Shown here: one piece after another, positions 41,635 through 56,600 of the stretch
How positions within the stretch are numbered: position 1 is the stretch's first letter
Layout of the letters: each line of letters begins with the position of its first letter
NCBI GenBank assembly: GCA_040954595.2
Contig: CM082581.2
Span: forward strand, 10,973,099 to 11,037,098
Length of the DNA: 64,000 nucleotides
Direction: 5' to 3'
Source: Balanoglossus misakiensis
Taxonomy: Eukaryota; Animalia; Hemichordata
Made by a program: the position numbers and the translations under genes
Notes under the pieces: generated by a model
What the model saw: only the letters and a program-made list of their open reading frames with translations
What the model was told of the DNA's origin: nothing
The model's database searches: none

Positions 41635-44600
41635 TGCGTATACACGCCATGTCCTGTCATACAAACTTAGAGCACCGGCCTTTCAAGTCCCAGTAGAAAC
41701 ATGATTCTTTTGAAACCGCACATCTTTTTGTGTGTTAAAACATTCAATTATGTGCATAAGCAGTCCACGTAAAATCCAATTATCCAGCTTAGAATTTCCT
41801 TGAATGTGCTGCGATGTGGGAATCATTGGAACGTGCAGATACCACTGCGGCACTGATTATACATCAATAGTCCTTCTTGCCGCCAAGGTGGTGGAAACCA
41901 CACCCGATACTAAACCAGTGGCTCTTTGCCTAACGCACTTTTCACAGTTTTATAGGGTGTAACAATCCTTCCATATCACATACAATGCCACACACGTATA
42001 CATAAACACACACAATAGTCGCATATATAATATGCACTTAGGTAACAAAATAACTACTCAACTCGCCGGGGTCTCTGTCTACCTTTCTCCTTCTCTTCTC
42101 TCTCTACATTTTTGTATGCTTTGAGGGCTGTCTGCGGGTTCAAAACAGCCATAAACCAGTACTTACATTTTATATTCATTAAATTTCTTAAACATGTGAT
42201 TTCCATTGCAAAAATGGAAAATAGTACATATTCTATACCGTAGAAGACATTTTAAAACTGCAAATCACACATTTTGCATCAAATGCTTGGAAACTTGCAA
42301 ACCTGGCCTACACCGTCACATGTTGTCACAGTAGATGTACGAAGTCTATGAAACTTGAAGAAAATATGCAAAACAGTTCATCATGATCTAAATACTTGCC
42401 GGAATTAAGCACATCTGCTATGTTTTGTCATAGTTAGGTTATCGTAAATATCTAGAATTATAGCATACATGTATAGTATTCTCAACACAACAATTATTTT
42501 TTATATAATAATTACTTGTCTTCCACTGGACATTGCAATTGGTTCGTCATCCAATGCTTGTTCACTAGAGAACAAATTTAAAACAAGCGTTATTGCAAAT
42601 TATGATCATTTTTGTCCTTGGGTGTAATGAAAATAAAGATTTGTTAAATTTACACTGGAGGACCGTGTTCAGGTTCTTTGTGGCTGGTCTATACGTGTCA
42701 GCCGAATCGAGACTGTCGCCGATAAACTTTTTTCTTTTGCCAAATAGCGGTGACAAGTGTATTTCCGATATTCACGAAACTCTTTTTAAGTCTACTCGTC
42801 GGCAGTGGTTGTTTTCCCACGGTCTGTACAAGAAAGTTTCCTATCTTATGTTTCCATTGATTTGGATTTCGTTTTAGCTCATTCTAGACACGACATCAAA
42901 TTTTGCATCGGTATCAAGCGACGTTAGTGACAGCAATTTACTCTCTATTGAGTCGAAGCGCGAAAAGTTCACGTGACCCGTGCACGTTATGGTCGGAAAA
43001 CCGACAGCTGTGAAGAAACGACTTTCAGAGCTTTGGCTGTTGACGGAAGTCCAGCATTGTCTCATACAAGACTTATTTATAACAAAAAACTCTAATGATG
43101 AAGTAATAATGTCAATCTCTGCAGCGATCGATATGTGTTAAATTTTTATGACGTGGTCTCCGAGGCGACGTAAGTGAGCGCGCGAAATCAAGATTGAAGA
43201 CGGTATATTGCTTTAATACTTGTTGCTATGGTGACTGCAGCTTGTTGCCATGGGGAGGGTTTCTGTTAGAAAATATTGCGCCGAAACGTGCTGCATTTCT
43301 GGCGACCGACAATGAAGCGTCTATGGCGCTCATTTGAGTCTTTTAGGAATGTTGCCGACCCGTGCCTTGAAATTTGCTCTCATATCATTCATTAATATGT
43401 TGTAATAGTACAAATTGAGGGCATTGAATGGTATCCATCACGGACAAATTTGCGGTATTCTACTTTGATGTATATGGGGCGGGTTCAAATAAGCCTTCTT
43501 TTTAACTACTGCAACCGCTGGCAAAGTAATATTACTTTCAACACGTACGTGATTTCGAGCAAAACGTCAAAACATCGGCATCCAATAGGTCAAAATGAAA
43601 TATCACTTAAAAGTAGGGCAAAGCTTTCAAGACACCCGACAGTTTCGCTGAGAGGAATGAAATTAAGGATTGTGTGCTTGAAGTAAGAAATTGTCACTTC
43701 TCTCGCTCGATAAATCACATGAGTGTATTGACAATTTGCGTGGGAATTTCTGCCTTTGCCATCAGTTGCGAACAACTCACAATCAATGAAAATTAGTACA
43801 GCTCTAGAGGGGGAGTCGCTAGCTGTTGACGACAGTTTCCTTGTATATCTACAGTTATGCTGGAGCAGTCCAGTCAGGTGATAGTACGTCATCGTAACAG
43901 CCATGCAGTTTACTCCTACCGGGAGAATGAGAGAAGAAGAAGGGGGAAAGAAAAAGAGATCGTGGCCATTTGCATTGACATTTCCGGTGTCCGTAATCGA
44001 AAACGGTGAGTTATCCCACAGAAGTAGAAAAACGTATGCAAGCATTGAGAGGTGACAGTCGTTAACCTTGCTTTTTGCCACGGTTTGATTGCCCTGTTAA
44101 AAGACCGCACGTGAATATTGCTCTCCACTTTAAGTACTCACGTGCGGCGCATGCGTGTTCATATAACCTACAATCTGCACTTCGGTAGTAATTTTGTGCG
44201 TTTCGATTAATTTCGGGCGAAAATGTTTCAACACTACATTAAAAAGTCGACAAAACATCTGTTATCAAAGACCTAAATTGTCTGATTAAAGTCGGTCGAC
44301 TTAATTTAATTCCATGCTCTAGTTTGCCCTCTGAGAAAATTGCGCATGACGTCAATGCTACCGGAACAGTCGGTGGGGATCACACTGTGCGTCGGTCAAT
44401 GGAGTTCCGTCAAGTTTGCGAATTAATTGGTGGAGTTGGAGAAACGTCGAAAGATGGCGCTGCACCACATCAAAAACTGAAAGAAGCACCGCACTTGATT
44501 ACTCCATTACTTGCAAATTTGCCGCCGTACTATTGAAAGGCCTCTCCAACATTTCGAGGAGAATAGGCGAACCAGGGTACTACAAAGATGCATACAGGAA

Positions 44601-45247
44601 TCTTAGTTCAGCAACAACTAGCGTTTATTTGAAGTATTTGAAGGGTAAAAAGAAACACTACTCAAGCTGGCAAGAAATTAATAGTCACCGCACTGTAAAC
44701 CCGGCGTGTCAGTGGTCTGAGCCTTCTCACACGTATGAAACTCAAAATATTTGGATGTCTACGAGTTCAAATGATTCTAGGTATGACTGTATATGCCTAA
44801 AAGTCAATCCCAACAAAATTGGTTCGCCTCATATGAGTAGTAAAATCTATATCGAGGAAACAAGACATGGTTGATCATTGTATTTCAGTAAAATAAACAA
44901 GCAGTTCGGCCACATTCGTATAAAGTGTGCTTCTACCTATATTCTTGACTTAATCTTTTTATCAGCAAATCAAGTCAGATATGATATGATCAAATGGTTA
45001 GCTCATGGCAAATCGAGTGTATATCACAAATGGGCTTCTAGTTCTTCGCCACATTTTTCTAAGTATATGTATATACGAATACCCCGCTGGCAAAAATGTA
45101 CCTATGTTGACGTGTATACCAAATCAACTAAACGATATAACGCTAACTGCCTTGCAAACCAACATATCTAATTAATTATGCAGCCCGTTCTCAGGTGTTT
45201 TGCACGTGTCACTTCGAACGACGAGTTCTTCGCGTGGATGACCCCTC

Positions 45248-48200
45248 TCACTCCTGTTTGTCGTCTTCCTTCGGTTGCTTCATTCTGGGCAGGACGTACT
45301 GGCCCGTCAACGCCACCACGGGAGCGCCAGATGGAATGCCCGGGTAGGGACCGGAGGAGCCGGCGATGTCGATGTGCGAGAATCGCAGTGGGTTCTCGGC
45401 ATCAAGGCCATGCTGTGATCGAGGAAAAAAAGGTATGAACGTAAATGAGACAACAGGTGTCAAATTGCATTGTAGGTCAGCAACATCTACCACTTGCCAC
45501 CCATGCACGCTATAATCACGAAAACGTACAGTTTTTTGATCTGGAGAAATTTTTCTCAAATTTTGATCAGGACATGAAGACAATGGAAAATTATGTCCAT
45601 TTGGTCTAAAATTAAGGAAAACGTTAGAGAAAAATGGGTGAAAATGTTTAAATATTCCACCAACCGACAAAATGGCGTCTAAAGGGTTACGTAATCACTC
45701 ACTTTATCCAGACCGGACACCATGGCAAGGAAGGCGGCAGCATTCTGATGACCCCTGGGTTCTGATCCAGATGATTTCAGGCTGATCTGGATCATGTCTT
45801 CGTACTGTGTTGTTCCTTTGTTGTAATCGTAGTCCTAATAGCAGGAATTCAAATGTACACAGAAGTTAATATTCTGGGTATCTGAGTCTCAGACAAATGC
45901 ACCATTGGATTCCTCAATTATTTGAAACAAAAATTCATAGCGTTCATTAACCACAAGGTATATTCCACTTACTTCACGCCTGATAGTTGATACCTCAAAT
46001 GGATCAGCCAAGTCTGCCCCAGCTGTAACAATACAATGAAGTTTACATTTAAGAAAATGGCGTCGTTAACAGATCAGATGGGGAAATACCTGTCCGTGTC
46101 TCATATAAAGGCAGTTGGGTGCCTTAACCAATTTTGAATGGTGGTCAATAGACTCTTTTGCTTCCTAAACTAACTTGAAACTTTTTCGTTGTTAATTAAA
46201 TGCAAATCATATAATTTACGCGCACCACTTACCTTTCACCAAGCTTTGGGCATGCTTTGCGTTTCGAGCAGGACCGTTATCCATCACAACCTGAAAAAAG
46301 TCCAAATAGATTCCATCATAGGTAATTTACACCTGTAATATATGCATATCGATTTGACTATCACAAACAACTGTGTCTCCTCTTAATGTTCTGGAGTTCT
46401 TACTGTGTTACTTACTGAATAACTTGTACCAACGGTGCGAAGGGCGTGTCCAGTCAGTGTGGCGATGGTGTAGATGTGTGGATTCACTTCAGACAGCGCC
46501 TAAAATCAATTACAAGATGTAGTCGTAGATTATCATCAGTGACATTATGACGTAGCTGATTGATTTTTGTGCTTATCGTTCGATTGGCAGCAATGTGGTC
46601 GTGTCAAGCAAGGCATTGCACGGCAGGTGGGCAAAACATGGAAAGTGAATGTTCGAAAGGAAATTTCACAGAGAGCTCCATACCCGTTCCTTCATCTTGC
46701 ACAGCGGGTCAGCCATGGCCATACGTCCCTCGGCATCGGTGTTACCAACCCTGACACGGGCGCCGGAACGAGCCTTGATGATCTCGTCAGGAACGTAGGC
46801 ATCTGTGAACAAAAGACGTCACACAGAAATCTGGCATCAGTGATCATCCCATGCTATTTCAGGGCATGTATTACCGGTGGGGTAGTATATAGACATAGGG
46901 TGGTGTGTTTTGTTTATCATATAGGGATTTCTTACCAGAGCCAACGCTGTTCCTCACCATGGTCATCACACCAGTAACTTTGATTTTAGGAGGTTTGAGA
47001 ACCGACAGAACTTGGAAGAATCCTGCCACGGCAGCTGCACCACACTTGTCCCTGAACGATATAACAACAGCAGAATGTGTGTGAAGTGGCTGCACCGGTA
47101 TTTGTCGGTGGCATTATCAAGACTGTTAACTAAAGATGGACTTAGATCCATTTATGTGCAAGATTTTTTCCCTTTTTCTCTGTTGTGTTTGGAGCTGTCT
47201 GAGTGACCGAGCGCCCGCACACGATGGAATCTTTCAGTTGAACAATGTATTGGCTCACCTGTGCATACTGCGCATGGCTCCTGCAACTTTCACGTCGACA
47301 CCACCGGTATCCATGGTAACGCCCTATCGGGATTGGATATTTGAAATTATAAATATACATTGTAGTATGGTACTGCATTGTCATTTACCCCTAAACAATG
47401 ACACACGTACTTTCTCTCCTAAAATACAACACACGTTAACGCGTTGTTTGTTTGTTGTTTACCCAAATGCTTTCGTACCTTTCCCACTAGCATCAACGTG
47501 AGGTCCGTTTCGCCCTCTCCGACGTACTCCAATTCGATCACGCACCCCTTGTGGCGGTCAACGTGTTTGGCGCATCTGTTCACAGCGGCGTGTAGTGGGT
47601 AGTCTTCTTCCAGAGTTTTTTCATCCGAAATCACTTTGACCTGACAAAATGGAGAGATGGCTATGAGCAGACGACTCCAAAGTTTCAACAATCAAGTTTC
47701 CATTCAAGATTGTATAGCACCCCCGGCGGATGCATAACCTTTAATTGCTGTAATGTGAATCTTGAGCTTCGTGTCAATATGCATTCAGAAGTATTTTACC
47801 GAAGCTAGAGAACTTACGGAGACTCCAGAATTCGGGTCCTGGAATAGTCCGGTGACAAAGGTCGCCACATTGGGAGCCGCCATCCGTTCCGGATCTGAAC
47901 CTCCGATGTCACGAGCAACTGATCTGGATTATAGATGAAAGTGCATACAAGTGGGGATGCAGTCAGTTTACTTTACACACATCCATTGTATTACTGAAAG
48001 AATATATCGTGAGTCTTCTGATGACTATGTTGTGGCGATTGGCCAGACCTCCATTATCTATGGTTATTGTGGCGAAATTCGGGACAGGTGACTCTCTACT
48101 TTTAACGAGAAAATTGCATACCTCCCACTCTCCATTGCTTTGACCAGGTTCAGAAAGCGCTCATTTTTGCCTCTGTGCCAGATGCCAAGCTTGTCGATCT

Positions 48201-51200
48201 TCTTTGCCTTGTCAGGAGTGGCCTCTCTGGCTTCCAGTGGCTACAAAAAACACAGTCCAATTTCTTTAGTTATTATGCTCCCACAGGACTGATATTTCAG
48301 AAAAAAAATGATAGTCCTCGGAACGTTTCAATTCTTTGAAGTGTGTGAGATGGGCCAGGAAAATCGCTGATGGAGTATCGGTTGATATATGAACGGACAA
48401 AAAATGGGACCCGCATGGTCTAGACTTACCACATAGGCAGCGTGCACAGCACCGAGAACAGCCACCAACTGACTATTCTTGAAGGCATTGTTCTGGGGAC
48501 ACACAACCAATGGCGATTTGCAGCCTGCTTTCAGAGCTCTATAATAGAGGAAAATAAGGCTATGTGATGAAAATGTGCAATGGCCTTGGTCAAATTGTTG
48601 TCTTTTGACTTTCATTTCGAGAACCAATCATTTTAGTTTGATTGTTTTTACTTCAAGTTCATTTAACAGTAAAACTCCAATGACTTCCAAATGATGTAAT
48701 TCAGTTATATCCCTCCTTCTAGCTGCCAATACCTCATCAAAGTGAAAATCACAATATCCCAGGCGCAATTACCTCTCCATGCCAGCATTTGCGGCGTCTG
48801 CAAACCGTCTGACGTCATCATAGTCTCTGTCCAGGGGCCCGGTTGGTGAGAACACCAGCCGTTGCTTGTTGAAAGGTTTCTCTGTCAGGATGGTAAACAC
48901 CACTTCCTTTTCCACGGAATCGTCAACCTGTGAAGAAAGAAAAACACGTGATAAGTTTGGCCAAACTTTACTTGATAACACCAGTGCCATTGACGTAAAC
49001 AAGATAATAGGTGGAAGCCCCCCCCCCCCCGCTGAACATCAAATGACACGTACCTTCTTCAACTCTTCCAGGGGCGTCTTGAGGGCGCTCAGGGGATCTG
49101 GTAGATTGTCCACTTTATCGATGATGAGAATGATCCCATCAAAATCCTTGTCGTCACATTTTCTGGTAATTACGATATCATACAGCAACGCCCTATGGTG
49201 CCCAGAATAACATAAGTTAATATGGAAGTTCCTCAGAATCTCTAATACAGAAGCGCACTGTATTACATGTAGAAGGTGCAAGTTTGTCAGGCAGCCTACG
49301 GTTCAAAAGTTAAAAGATATGTTTTTTTTTATATTCAATCGGGCACTGATTCATATTATTCGAGTTTTCCGTGTGGTATAGTTTAGTGGGGCGCAGATGT
49401 ATTGGTCAGTTAATGGTATTTGCATGCTGTGGGTGTAAACACATGTTTACGGTTTTCGAGTAGGGTGACTGCCCAGACAGGTCAATGGGATCTGCATATT
49501 GCAAGTGCTACATCTGTTGGGTTGTTGACGAGTGCGCCAATCAGCGTCGAGGACGCCCTGGATGACGAATATGTTTACTGCAAAACGTTATTTGAAGGAG
49601 GGTGGTTGATGTCTCGCAGTCGAAATTTCTACTTGTGTTCAGCGTCACTACGGATATTTCTACGCGTTTTCAGGTCACGTTCTATGCGTTCTACCTCACT
49701 CCAAGTCGTCATCTCTACTAGTTGGAACGTGGTTTGACCTGACAACTGAGCCAGCCTTCAGTCGCTGTTGTGTCGCACCAAGCAAGGCTTCGGTTCAAGC
49801 ATGTCAACACGAACAACTAGCTGAGCGTCCACGTTGCCCATCATAAGGTAAGCAGTGCACTTTTAAAACAAAGATCGTTATTTTTGCATGTTTTTTACGG
49901 AAAACATATTTGAAACGGCCTTTCCACTTTGCGATAGCCCGGGAAAGAATCTGAACATATATGATATCACCAATACAAACATAAATTTTTCAACAATGTA
50001 ACCCACTGTAGACCCGACATGCAAATTGTTGAGGATTATCCCTTTTGAAAGTAACAGCTTGCTCTGAGAGAGCTTTACCAATAGACTGAGTAATGCTCGT
50101 TGAATTGTACTACACATTTCCTATTTTATATCTCCACACAACACGAGATGACGCATACACGCGGCTTGGTTCACATTTAATGTTGGGTGCGCGACCGACC
50201 CCTGCGTAAATATTACGCGCATGCCGAGAACAATTAATCTATATTAAACTCCGTGTGTCTACCCTGTCTATGAAGCGCGTATTCATTGTTCAAACCAGTA
50301 CTTGACTCCCGTATAATGTGGCAGAATGATTTGAGGGCAAACACACGCATGAATTATAGGATAAAAATCAAAACACCAGACTGGCCGCGGATTAATGCCT
50401 GCTGTGCTTAATGTCTCTGTATTTTGGCCTTTCAAATTGAAAAAAATCAACATAAAAACTAGTTCCCTAACATTATTTTAGGGTCGTTCAACTACATTGG
50501 GCGTAAAAATAACTCGGAAAAAAGTTGATAAAAATATAACATGTTTTTTTAGGGGGGCAGGTCCATGTCCACTGTAGGCGATAACAATCAGATTCAAGCA
50601 CCTCACTGGTTCGGACATTTAAGCAGCAAATCATACGCGTCACTTAGTGGCTGACAGTTGGACCTTTACAACAGGCATGGGCGTATACTCGTGGGACTGG
50701 CTTTAAGATATGTATATAATTTCGCTACAGGTGAAAAACTATACATCATTCGTCATCATTTCCAATTGGGAAGTTTATCTAATTGAACTCTTAGAATACG
50801 CAAGTATATGCGACGCAGTTGTTAATAAGAGTGAGCTCTCTAATAAATAAAAGTTCACATAGTGGGACCAAAAATACAATTACCAGAGCGACAGCTTGGC
50901 TTGTATAGAAACGTTATGGATTATAAAAATCGCCACATAGTGGATCATCAGATGAAGCTATGGCTATTCCGCTCCACTACAGACAATCATATGTGGTGGT
51001 GTAGTGGGTATATGCTAAGGTCTTGCAGCCCAAATAAAGAAAGACTGCCTGCTTTAGAAACGTTATCTGAGTTTAAGTCAGACTGCAGCCGCCAGTTTCT
51101 CTCATATTCCCGCGACATATTTCCACATTTTACTAGTTTGATCCGTGTGCCACGATTGCAAACTCTGAACGAAAATCAACATCATGGCCAGAGCAGGTAT

Positions 51201-51262
51201 AGCAAAGTTCTATCGACCCGAGAAATAATATATCAGAACAGAAAGAGTGTTTGTACTTACAT
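45248..51262 (-). CDS. M17 family leucyl aminopeptidase (W07G4.4-like), paralog B, 15 exons, ~526 aa
   Basis: Exons 51262-51261 (AT), 49192-49054, 48927-48773, 48538-48430, 48240-48122, 47923-47818, 47640-47479, 47323-47259, 47051-46936, 46802-46684, 46499-46416, 46290-46233, 46022-45973, 45834-45703 and 45412-45248 sum to 1581 nt, in frame. Motifs RDIGGSDPERM, VGKGVTMDTGGVDVK, MHRDKCG, GNTDAEGR, TIATLTG and HIDIAG are present. The first exon is inferred. Confidence 0.92.
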
Positions 51263-51304
51263 GATTAGAGAGTATATATGTGCTTGTGTCACCGTCTATA
51301 GCAG

Positions 51305-51340
51305 AATAATGATAACCCTCGATCCGGAGTTTATTTATAA
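51305..51340 (-). promoter_or_regulatory. Putative core promoter of aminopeptidase paralog B (TATA + Inr-like)
   Basis: On the minus strand TATAAATAA at 51339-51331 and TCATT at 51312-51308, followed by a short exon ending ...CTAATCAT|GTAAGTAC. Confidence 0.6.
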
Positions 51341-53639
51341 CGGGGCTTCAGACTTTGTCAGCCAATCAGAGACGTGGATTTGCGTGGTGTGTTGCAACAC
51401 CTTGTCAAGGGTGTGTGAGTCACTGGCTTTGGGGGGATTCCACTGGTTTGCAAATCCAAAAGTTTAATTTGCAACATCAGAAAATTGCGTTTTACAATCC
51501 TAACGCACAGATTGACAGACTTGCTGCAGGTTTTGTCCGGGTCTCATATCATGCGTGTGACCTTTCGACCAGTCATGCACCCAGTGGTCATGCACCCGAT
51601 CTGACGATGACCTGTTGAACTTTAGATACGTGCGACAGAAAACAAACGTGGTTCGCCAGGTTGCAATAACTTACAATTGTAATTTTTTTCAGTTCATGTT
51701 TATGGAAGTTTTGGTAGCGATGTATAGTCGGCAGCGTGTACTAGGGAACTAGTTTCATTTTTCCCCGGGCGCGTCCTCTTAAAATTATTTTGCACAGGGC
51801 ATTGCTTCACATTACCGAGAGGACGAATGTTGTCATGGCACCCAATCAATGTAAAACAAGTTGTATTATATTGGGTTATAATATTTTAAAACTAGAAATT
51901 TTAGTCAGTGATTTCAAATGAGATAGACTGTTTTTGTATTGGTTTCACCTACCACACAGCGCACTTTGCGTGCGAAAAAGAAATTTGTATGCAAAACAAT
52001 CCTGGATGCATTTTTTCGCACAGATGTGCAATAACCAATAAACATACGCGCACCTTTATAGACGAGTACAATAACACCGCATAACCTTTGCTTTGAAACA
52101 AAAATACTGAAATATTCAACTGCTAAAGTTTTAGTAGTTCAGGACACGTCAAATTAGAAAAGGTATTGCAATATGTTTTGTCTGGTGGTGTGATTCAACC
52201 GTAGTATTTGTATAGAAATCCGTGCCTGGGATATAAGCCCCGACATCTGTTCCAATCTATGTATCATAGTTGCAACGTGTTTCCCTCCTTCCCATTCAAT
52301 ATAGGCAGCCAAACCGTGCCGATTTTGCAATAAGGTTCCAGACGAGATGAATCATCTCAAACATGTGATATTTAGTCGACCGTCTCTTGCAAAATCGTTG
52401 TGTTTTTGAAAGTATGCGTCAACAATATCCATATCCGACCAAACTGACGAGTGAACTCGTGCAAATGTACCATCGCTCATTGAGAATATCGATATTAATT
52501 TCAATTAAATCTTAACCAAGCCACAACATACAAAATTATTACTTGGAGCAGCCGCTTTAAACTGAAAATTCTGGCAAAAAATAGCCAACAATCTGCAAAA
52601 TTATAAACCCTATTTATTCAAAACGATCAAAATCAACCGTGGCCAACTGAATTACTGAATATAAGTTCGTTGATTTACACTAATGTGTTTACCAAGAGGA
52701 GCGTGCATGTTTTCCATGAAATGAAGGGTTAACAAGAGGTTAAATCCGGATAAACAATAAAATGACCCGATTTCAGTCTGGCAAGCGAGTTCGTGCTCAG
52801 GTGAGCAGACATGCAGGCCGATCCACGACCGACAGTTTTCCTACAAATTGACATAAATTCGTCTCTTTATTTCAGCAGGGTTGTTCAACTTGTGCACCCC
52901 GTTCACGACATGCGACTTCAACTTTCTAAATGCAAGATTGAGATTTTCAAAAGCGAACTTAATTTGGTATAAATTTACAACGGGTGATACCTTTGTCCGA
53001 TTTTTTATCATTATAAACTTATCATACCGATCCATGTAATACATGTATTCACATCCCTGTTATCAGGACTGTATGAGGAATGGTCTATCACGTCCTCCTG
53101 AGTCCTTCAAGTTAGACTTCAAGAAGTACACTGTACGTGCAAAGGTCAAAGAGGAATGCCTGAAGAAGGGTAGACAGGGATTATAACCAAACAGACATGG
53201 CGAGTATTACAGCAAAATATGTTTATTTGCATATTTTGTTAACATACATACTTGTAGAAAGCTTTGCAGTTTGCGCAGTACATGGATATCCTTGAGTAGG
53301 GAAAATGCAATCTACTGGTAATCAAATCATAATTGGAAAAGGTTAACATAAATGTACCACTGTGCTTCTTTTTCAAAGAAGATATATATCCATCTTTAAA
53401 AAAAATCTAACTTTATATCTCCACTGTTCAGTTGCCAGTGGATTAAAAAATAAGCTTTGAATAAGTCTCTTAGAATATCCAGCATCCTACCGCCTATACT
53501 TCTATTTGCTTATAAAGACACTTGGAAGATGATGTTTTTGAAAAACTGAGTATATGCCCTTTGCACTTTGACCCTACTTTTGACCTTTGGCACCTCTGCT
53601 TATTGGTTGATTACACAAAAACATTGCGAACGGGTGTTC

Positions 53640-56600
53640 CTAGACTCTGGACAAGAGATGCTTGGCTGCGAGGGCCACGATGGGAGCTCCGGTAGGAATT
53701 CCCGGGAAAGGCCCGCTCGAACCAGCGATATCCAGATGGGAGTAGAGCAGGGGTTTGTCAGAGTCGATACCGTGCTGAAAGAAAATAAAAGAAACGAGTC
53801 AGGAATTGTAAATATCAGTCCGTGTTCCATCAGTATCAAACAGACTTTGCAAGAAAGGCAAGAGACTAATTTTGAAGTTTTCGAAAGTTGACTGAAAATT
53901 GTGTTTCTAAACTTAAGACTCTATTCACTGTAATTTTCGGCTATTTTAGTGATTCAGTTCTAACCCATGACCTTTGCACTCTGACCCCAGCATACCTTGT
54001 CCAATCCAGAGACCATGATCAGGAAAGCAGCAGGAGACTGGTGACCTCTGGCTGTGGCCGAGGATGGAGCGTTGTTGGACTGGAGAAGGTCCTCGTACTC
54101 TGAACGCCCAGCATGAAACTCGTAATCCTGTTAACGGAATCAAACACAAATTTTAAAATTCGTACTCACACATAGGTAATAACAGGCAGGAAATAAAGTC
54201 AGTCAGTCAGACACAAGTATACACACCTCTCTGCGAATGCTGGATACTTCAAATGGATCCCCAAAATCTTCTCCAACTGAAAAAGAACGACAAAATACTG
54301 ATGAACAAATCACTCGAGGATCAGATTGATTATTCGTAGCAGCTTTCTAGAAAGATGGCCACGTGGAAAAGGGACATAGCCAATATCTTAATCATATTGC
54401 CAGGTTATTGGTTAAAATGATATCACGAATTTTGAATTTCACTTATTAACATAGTACATTGATATTTACCTGTTTGGAGCTCCATGGCATGCTTGGTCTT
54501 CTTAGCAGGCCCGTTATCTAGAACAATCTATATGGTAAAACAGAAAAAAAGGTCTTCAGTGAAGTTATCTTGCACATATGCAGTTAACATCCAGGATGGA
54601 TGCAGTACAACCAACAGACAGACATGAGAAATCAGCAGCATACTTACTGAGTAGTTCGGTCCCATAGCTCTGATGGCGTGGCCAGTTAAGGTGGCGATTG
54701 TGTAGATGTGGGGATTGACTTCAGTCAGTGCCTGGGGAGAAACAAAAAATACATCATGATGAGAATTTGCATAGTACATGCACATGTGCACAAGATGGTG
54801 TTGTAAGAAGATAGTATTAGGCAAAGAAACTGATATTGAAATACAAATGCTGGGACATCTCCCCTTACCAGATCTTTCATCTTACACAGCGGGTCGCCCA
54901 TGGCCATACGTCCTTCGGCATCGGTGTTGCCAATCCTAACACGAACACCAGAGCGGGCGGTGATAATCTCATCCGAAACATAGGAGTCTAAATAAGAAAA
55001 TAAAAAGAAGTGATCAATAATGCCATATAGTTTGTTGCGGGTTTAGCTATGACAAATTGATAGAGTCTGTGAAGGCATATGCAACCTTCAATGGTCGATG
55101 TCAAAGAGAATTGTTTATAACTCCTAAACAGCGAATGACAGCCATTGTCTCACCTGCTCCAACACTGTTTCTCACCATCGTCATGACGCCGCTAACTTTG
55201 ATGTTTTTGGGTTTCAGCAATGCCAATGTCTGGAAGAATCCCCCCACAGCGGCAGCACCACATTTGTCTCTGTAATTAGAAAAAAAAATTTGCAATTCAG
55301 TCTTGGTGATCCTTTGACCCTTGAAAGCTTAAAAAAGCAAGCTAGATGCAATGCAGAAAGAGATGACAGTGTTTGCTCTGTGCTTACCACACAGTTTTAT
55401 TTTGTGATATATATGTTACATGTTATATTTTCAACTACCTGTGCATTCCAGCCATGGATCCTCCATGTTTGATGTCAGCGCCACCAGTGTCATAGGTCAC
55501 ACCCTGTAAATGTGAGATAATCAATTTATTTTAACAAAAAGAGGTCGGTTTCTCAAGTTCTAAAACGTCTGGAGGGTTGAAGATGCCAGTGATCAAAAAA
55601 ACAGCTGGTGGGGATAGATGGTTGATGGTAGGCTTATTAAGAAGCGAAAACAGAATGCTCCAATTCTCTATTTAAGAGACAACACAGAAAAGATGAGCAA
55701 AAGCTAGACTACTTGTCTGGGTCATACAACCACATCTGATGATACAAACCTTGCCAACAAGCAACAGTGTAGTGTCGGGCTCTCCCTCTCCCTCGTATTC
55801 CAATTCAATGATTCGCCCGTGGTGACGGTCAACAAAGCGGGCACACCTGTCCACTGCCGCGTGCAGCGGATACTCCTTGTCCAGAACAGCTTGGTCAGAG
55901 ATGACGTTCACCTATCACAGAGAAGAAAAAAACACAACTTCAAAGAAAGTGACTGGTGAAAGTGCATGACCTTTGTCACCTGCTAACAGGATAGTAATAG
56001 GAAGACCATGGTGGGACATGAATGTATTTATGTAGTGCTCAAACTTATCTAGACTTTCTCTCTGATTCAACAGATACTGAACCTACATTGATGGGTGATC
56101 CCTTGAACAGCTCACGGACGTACTCCTCAACTTTGGGAGGCGACATACGCTCTGGGTCGGATCCACCAATGTCCCGTGCTACCAATCTGTTTTCAAGAAA
56201 GTCAAAATGTCATGGATATAGCATTGACCGGTGAGTAAAACAGCTGCACTTTTTTTTTAACCAACGGGAAGAAGGGCGTTGTTTACCTGCCACTTTCCAA
56301 GGCTTCAGTCAGTTTACTCAGCCTGGCTGCCTCCTTTTCGTCTTCCGCCCAAATTCCCAGTTTCTCGGCCTTGCTCGCTTTGCTGGCGTTGGCTTCTCTC
56401 ACTTCCAGCGGCTGCAAACACGAAACCATGGCGATGAAAGCAAATTGTCATCATACATGTACACTGTATGCTCATTATACTCACATACATGCAAAGTCAG
56501 ACAAGACAACCAATTGCTTTTATGAAAGAACGTTCTCATAGTGTTCAGCTAAACAAGGTGAATGTACTTACAACATATAGGGCATGTGCAGCTCCAAGCG

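Noticed and set aside
40626-41664. 291-aa alternative-frame ORF and antisense ORFs overlapping GPCR exon 2
   Set aside because: Expected by-product of the high GC3 codon usage of the real exon; the translations are Arg/His-rich and have no domain.
49261-49268. Nearer AT|GTAATA candidate first exon for aminopeptidase B
   Set aside because: Weaker donor with no TATA/Inr; the 51261 site has a consensus donor, promoter motifs and matches paralog A.
50862-51467. 201-aa plus-strand ORF
   Set aside because: GTG start, no motifs, and antisense across the inferred first exon and promoter of aminopeptidase B; most likely a chance ORF.
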